64,000 nucleotides of DNA, from positions 17,404,058-17,468,057 of the forward strand of contig OZ316897.1 in NCBI GenBank assembly GCA_973895155.1, in the 5' to 3' direction. Within the stretch, counting starts at the first letter, position 1, and each line of letters starts with the position of its first letter. The DNA is from Marsupella aquatica (lineage: Eukaryota; Plantae; Marchantiophyta). Positions 61,816 through 64,000 of the stretch are shown here, in pieces. The notes under the pieces were generated by a model. That model searched no databases. It was not told the origin of the DNA and saw only the letters and a program-made list of their open reading frames with translations. A program made the translations under genes and the position numbers.

Positions 61816-64000
61816 GAGAAAATACTACCTGCACTAGCTTGTCTTTCTTGTGCTCCTTGTGCTGTTGTGTCCACTTGATGGAGCTTTGACTGCAAATGTC
61901 CCCTTCTGTTCCAACTTGCGGCATGAGTTATTTTCTTATCTCGAGGTGCATGCCCATGAATTCTCTCAAAGGCTTCAATTCAAGAGTGGCAGGGCTGAAA
62001 GGAAAGCTTGTCCTTATGGACTTTTGGTTGCAAGTGTTCATTGAATTGAGTTTATTTTGTTTTTGACCATTGAGAAAACTACTTGATGTTTAGTGAGTGC
62101 AATATGAAGCACTCACTCTACCCATCAGTTCCATAGCAGTGAGGCTTGATAAGGTACTAAAATGACGTAAATGACATAAATATGCCTTAAACTTCATCTT
62201 TTATTTTTGTTGAACTCTGAAAAAAGGGGATGGAGTAACGGGCTGGATGGAGAATACATAGCTACGAGCATAAACCCAAATTTGCAATCATTGGTAATCT
62301 GGCCAGGCACTTACAAGGTACTTTTTGCACAGAACTGTAACCAACTGTATCCAAACGTATTTTTATGTGTATTTTTATGTTTTAGTTCAGTCTATCCAGG
62401 TTGACTAGTGTATGGGGGGCTTGAGCAACAATGTATGGGTCCATGGAGGCCTTAATATCAACAAACTAGCATTTCAGGTTTTTAATAAACCCAAAATTGG
62501 CAAACTAGCATTGGGACAGAGTGAAACGACCTATGAATGAATTTCCATTTCAATCTCTCCACACATATGAATGATGTGTTCTGTCTGATTCCCTTCACAA
62601 GTGTGCTTTCATAAATCACAAATAAGCTTGGGAGGGAATGAGAAGGTTTATGTCATTTGGTACAATCTAATACAAAAATTTTTTATCACATCATCAATGA
62701 TGTATAAATGGCTTGATAATTGGGTAAAACAATGATATGGCTGGGACAGAAGTTTACCCTTTACTATATCATTGTTTGGCCCAGGATAATTGTGTCCCTG
62801 TTATAGATCATTATTTAGTCCCACTTGTATCACTACTTTCTGTAGAAAGTATGCATGACTGAGATAGTTCCAAATGATGTTAAGCTTCCCATCTCCTGTA
62901 GTGTATAAAACCAAATTCACATCATCTAAAAAAGCAAAGTACGCCTAAAGGAATAAATGGCCTTACAACCGCTATAATAAATCACAGAATTGACAACGGC
63001 TTTGGAATAACCTGACATGAGGGATAAAAGCAGGGGGAACCTAGGGCAAGCAGGGGTGAGCCTAGGGTAACAAAAACATACCAGCTTCCAAATCCTCGAG
63101 CAAATGGTTCAGGTAGTGCTACTTATTTGAGGTGCTGTGTTTTCCTTTCAGTTAGATTTCCTCAAATGATCCAAACTTAGTATTTTCCCAATTTTTCCAT
63201 TTGATACAAAATTCATATTTTACAACTTTTCCCGTTTCCTATATCTCAGCAGGTCATGAAACTCAAGTTTTGATCTTAGGTGAGATTTCCTTAAGGTTTA
63301 ACTTTATGAAATGACACATATATCAATTTTTGTTTGTTTGTTTTCTTTATCTCAGGCTGTCATGAATGTCAATGTTATGTGAGATTCCCAGCAATTTGTC
63401 ATCTGAAATGGTGCAGAGATTGATATATTCGTTTCTGTTAGATTCTTTACTTTAAAGGTGCTTGTAAATAGTATGCATTGTAAAGCACTGCAGCCTTTGC
63501 CCTCACTGGAACCATCAGTTCCCATAATAAATCAAATGTGCATGTGCTGCTGACAATCCATTCAAAACAGGTTACATTGAGGAAAAACTCCAATATGTTT
63601 ATGTTTGCTCTGTATCTATTTGTTGCATGCACGTGCCTGTCTCACGAACAGAGAGTTGAGAGATAGAAGAAACAAAATCATAACATGAGCCCCTTGGCAA
63701 AATAAATTCATGAAATAGTCAGTGATGAACGAAATGATAGCAGACCAGGGTGGGCAAAACCGTGAAAGGCTAGTTACAGTATCAGCCCTTACTATCTCCT
63801 TACAACTAGAATAACTGCAGTGATTCATGGTTTTCCATCTGGAGTGTTGCTGCCCCCCTTCTTTTCTACCTAAAAAATGGTCTAGATATCGCTAATCATG
63901 CCCACCTCAAGAAGTTTCGAACGAGGAATATTGAGTGACACTAAGGACGACCTGCAGTTATTCTGGAGAATCTGATAGCCATAGTCGATCACAAGCTTTC

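Overview
Eukaryotic land-plant genomic DNA with spliced genes, plant TTTAGGG telo-boxes and Met-tRNA-primed LTRs. It looks non-seed-plant-like, but the species cannot be determined. Bases 1-38.7 kb are a nest of transposons. (i) A decayed CACTA/En-Spm element whose left end lies outside the window and whose right end is at 8001. It has a divergent TnpA-like ORF, a TnpD pseudogene, and a SET-domain ORF lying inside the predicted TnpD transcription unit. (ii) A complete 17,055-bp CACTA element (11801-28855, CTC TSD) with apparently intact TnpD and TnpA-like genes. These are preceded by a co-oriented cargo cassette encoding an EDM2-like PHD module, a tandem-BRCT protein and an F-box protein, plus a possible fourth Cys/His ORF. 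(iii) Two truncated copies of an LTR retroelement 5' end that host these insertions. (iv) A 7.9-kb non-autonomous TIR element filled with palindromic satellite arrays. Bases 39-64 kb hold a Ser/Arg-rich repeat pseudogene, WRAP73 and RNC1 pseudogene fragments, a solo LTR and an intact CXE11/16-like carboxylesterase gene. The main candidate for a novel system is CACTA transposons carrying their own chromatin, repair and ubiquitin modules (SET, EDM2-type PHD, BRCT, F-box), possibly expressed by alternative splicing from a shared leader. All protein identifications are by motif recognition from memory; no database search was run.
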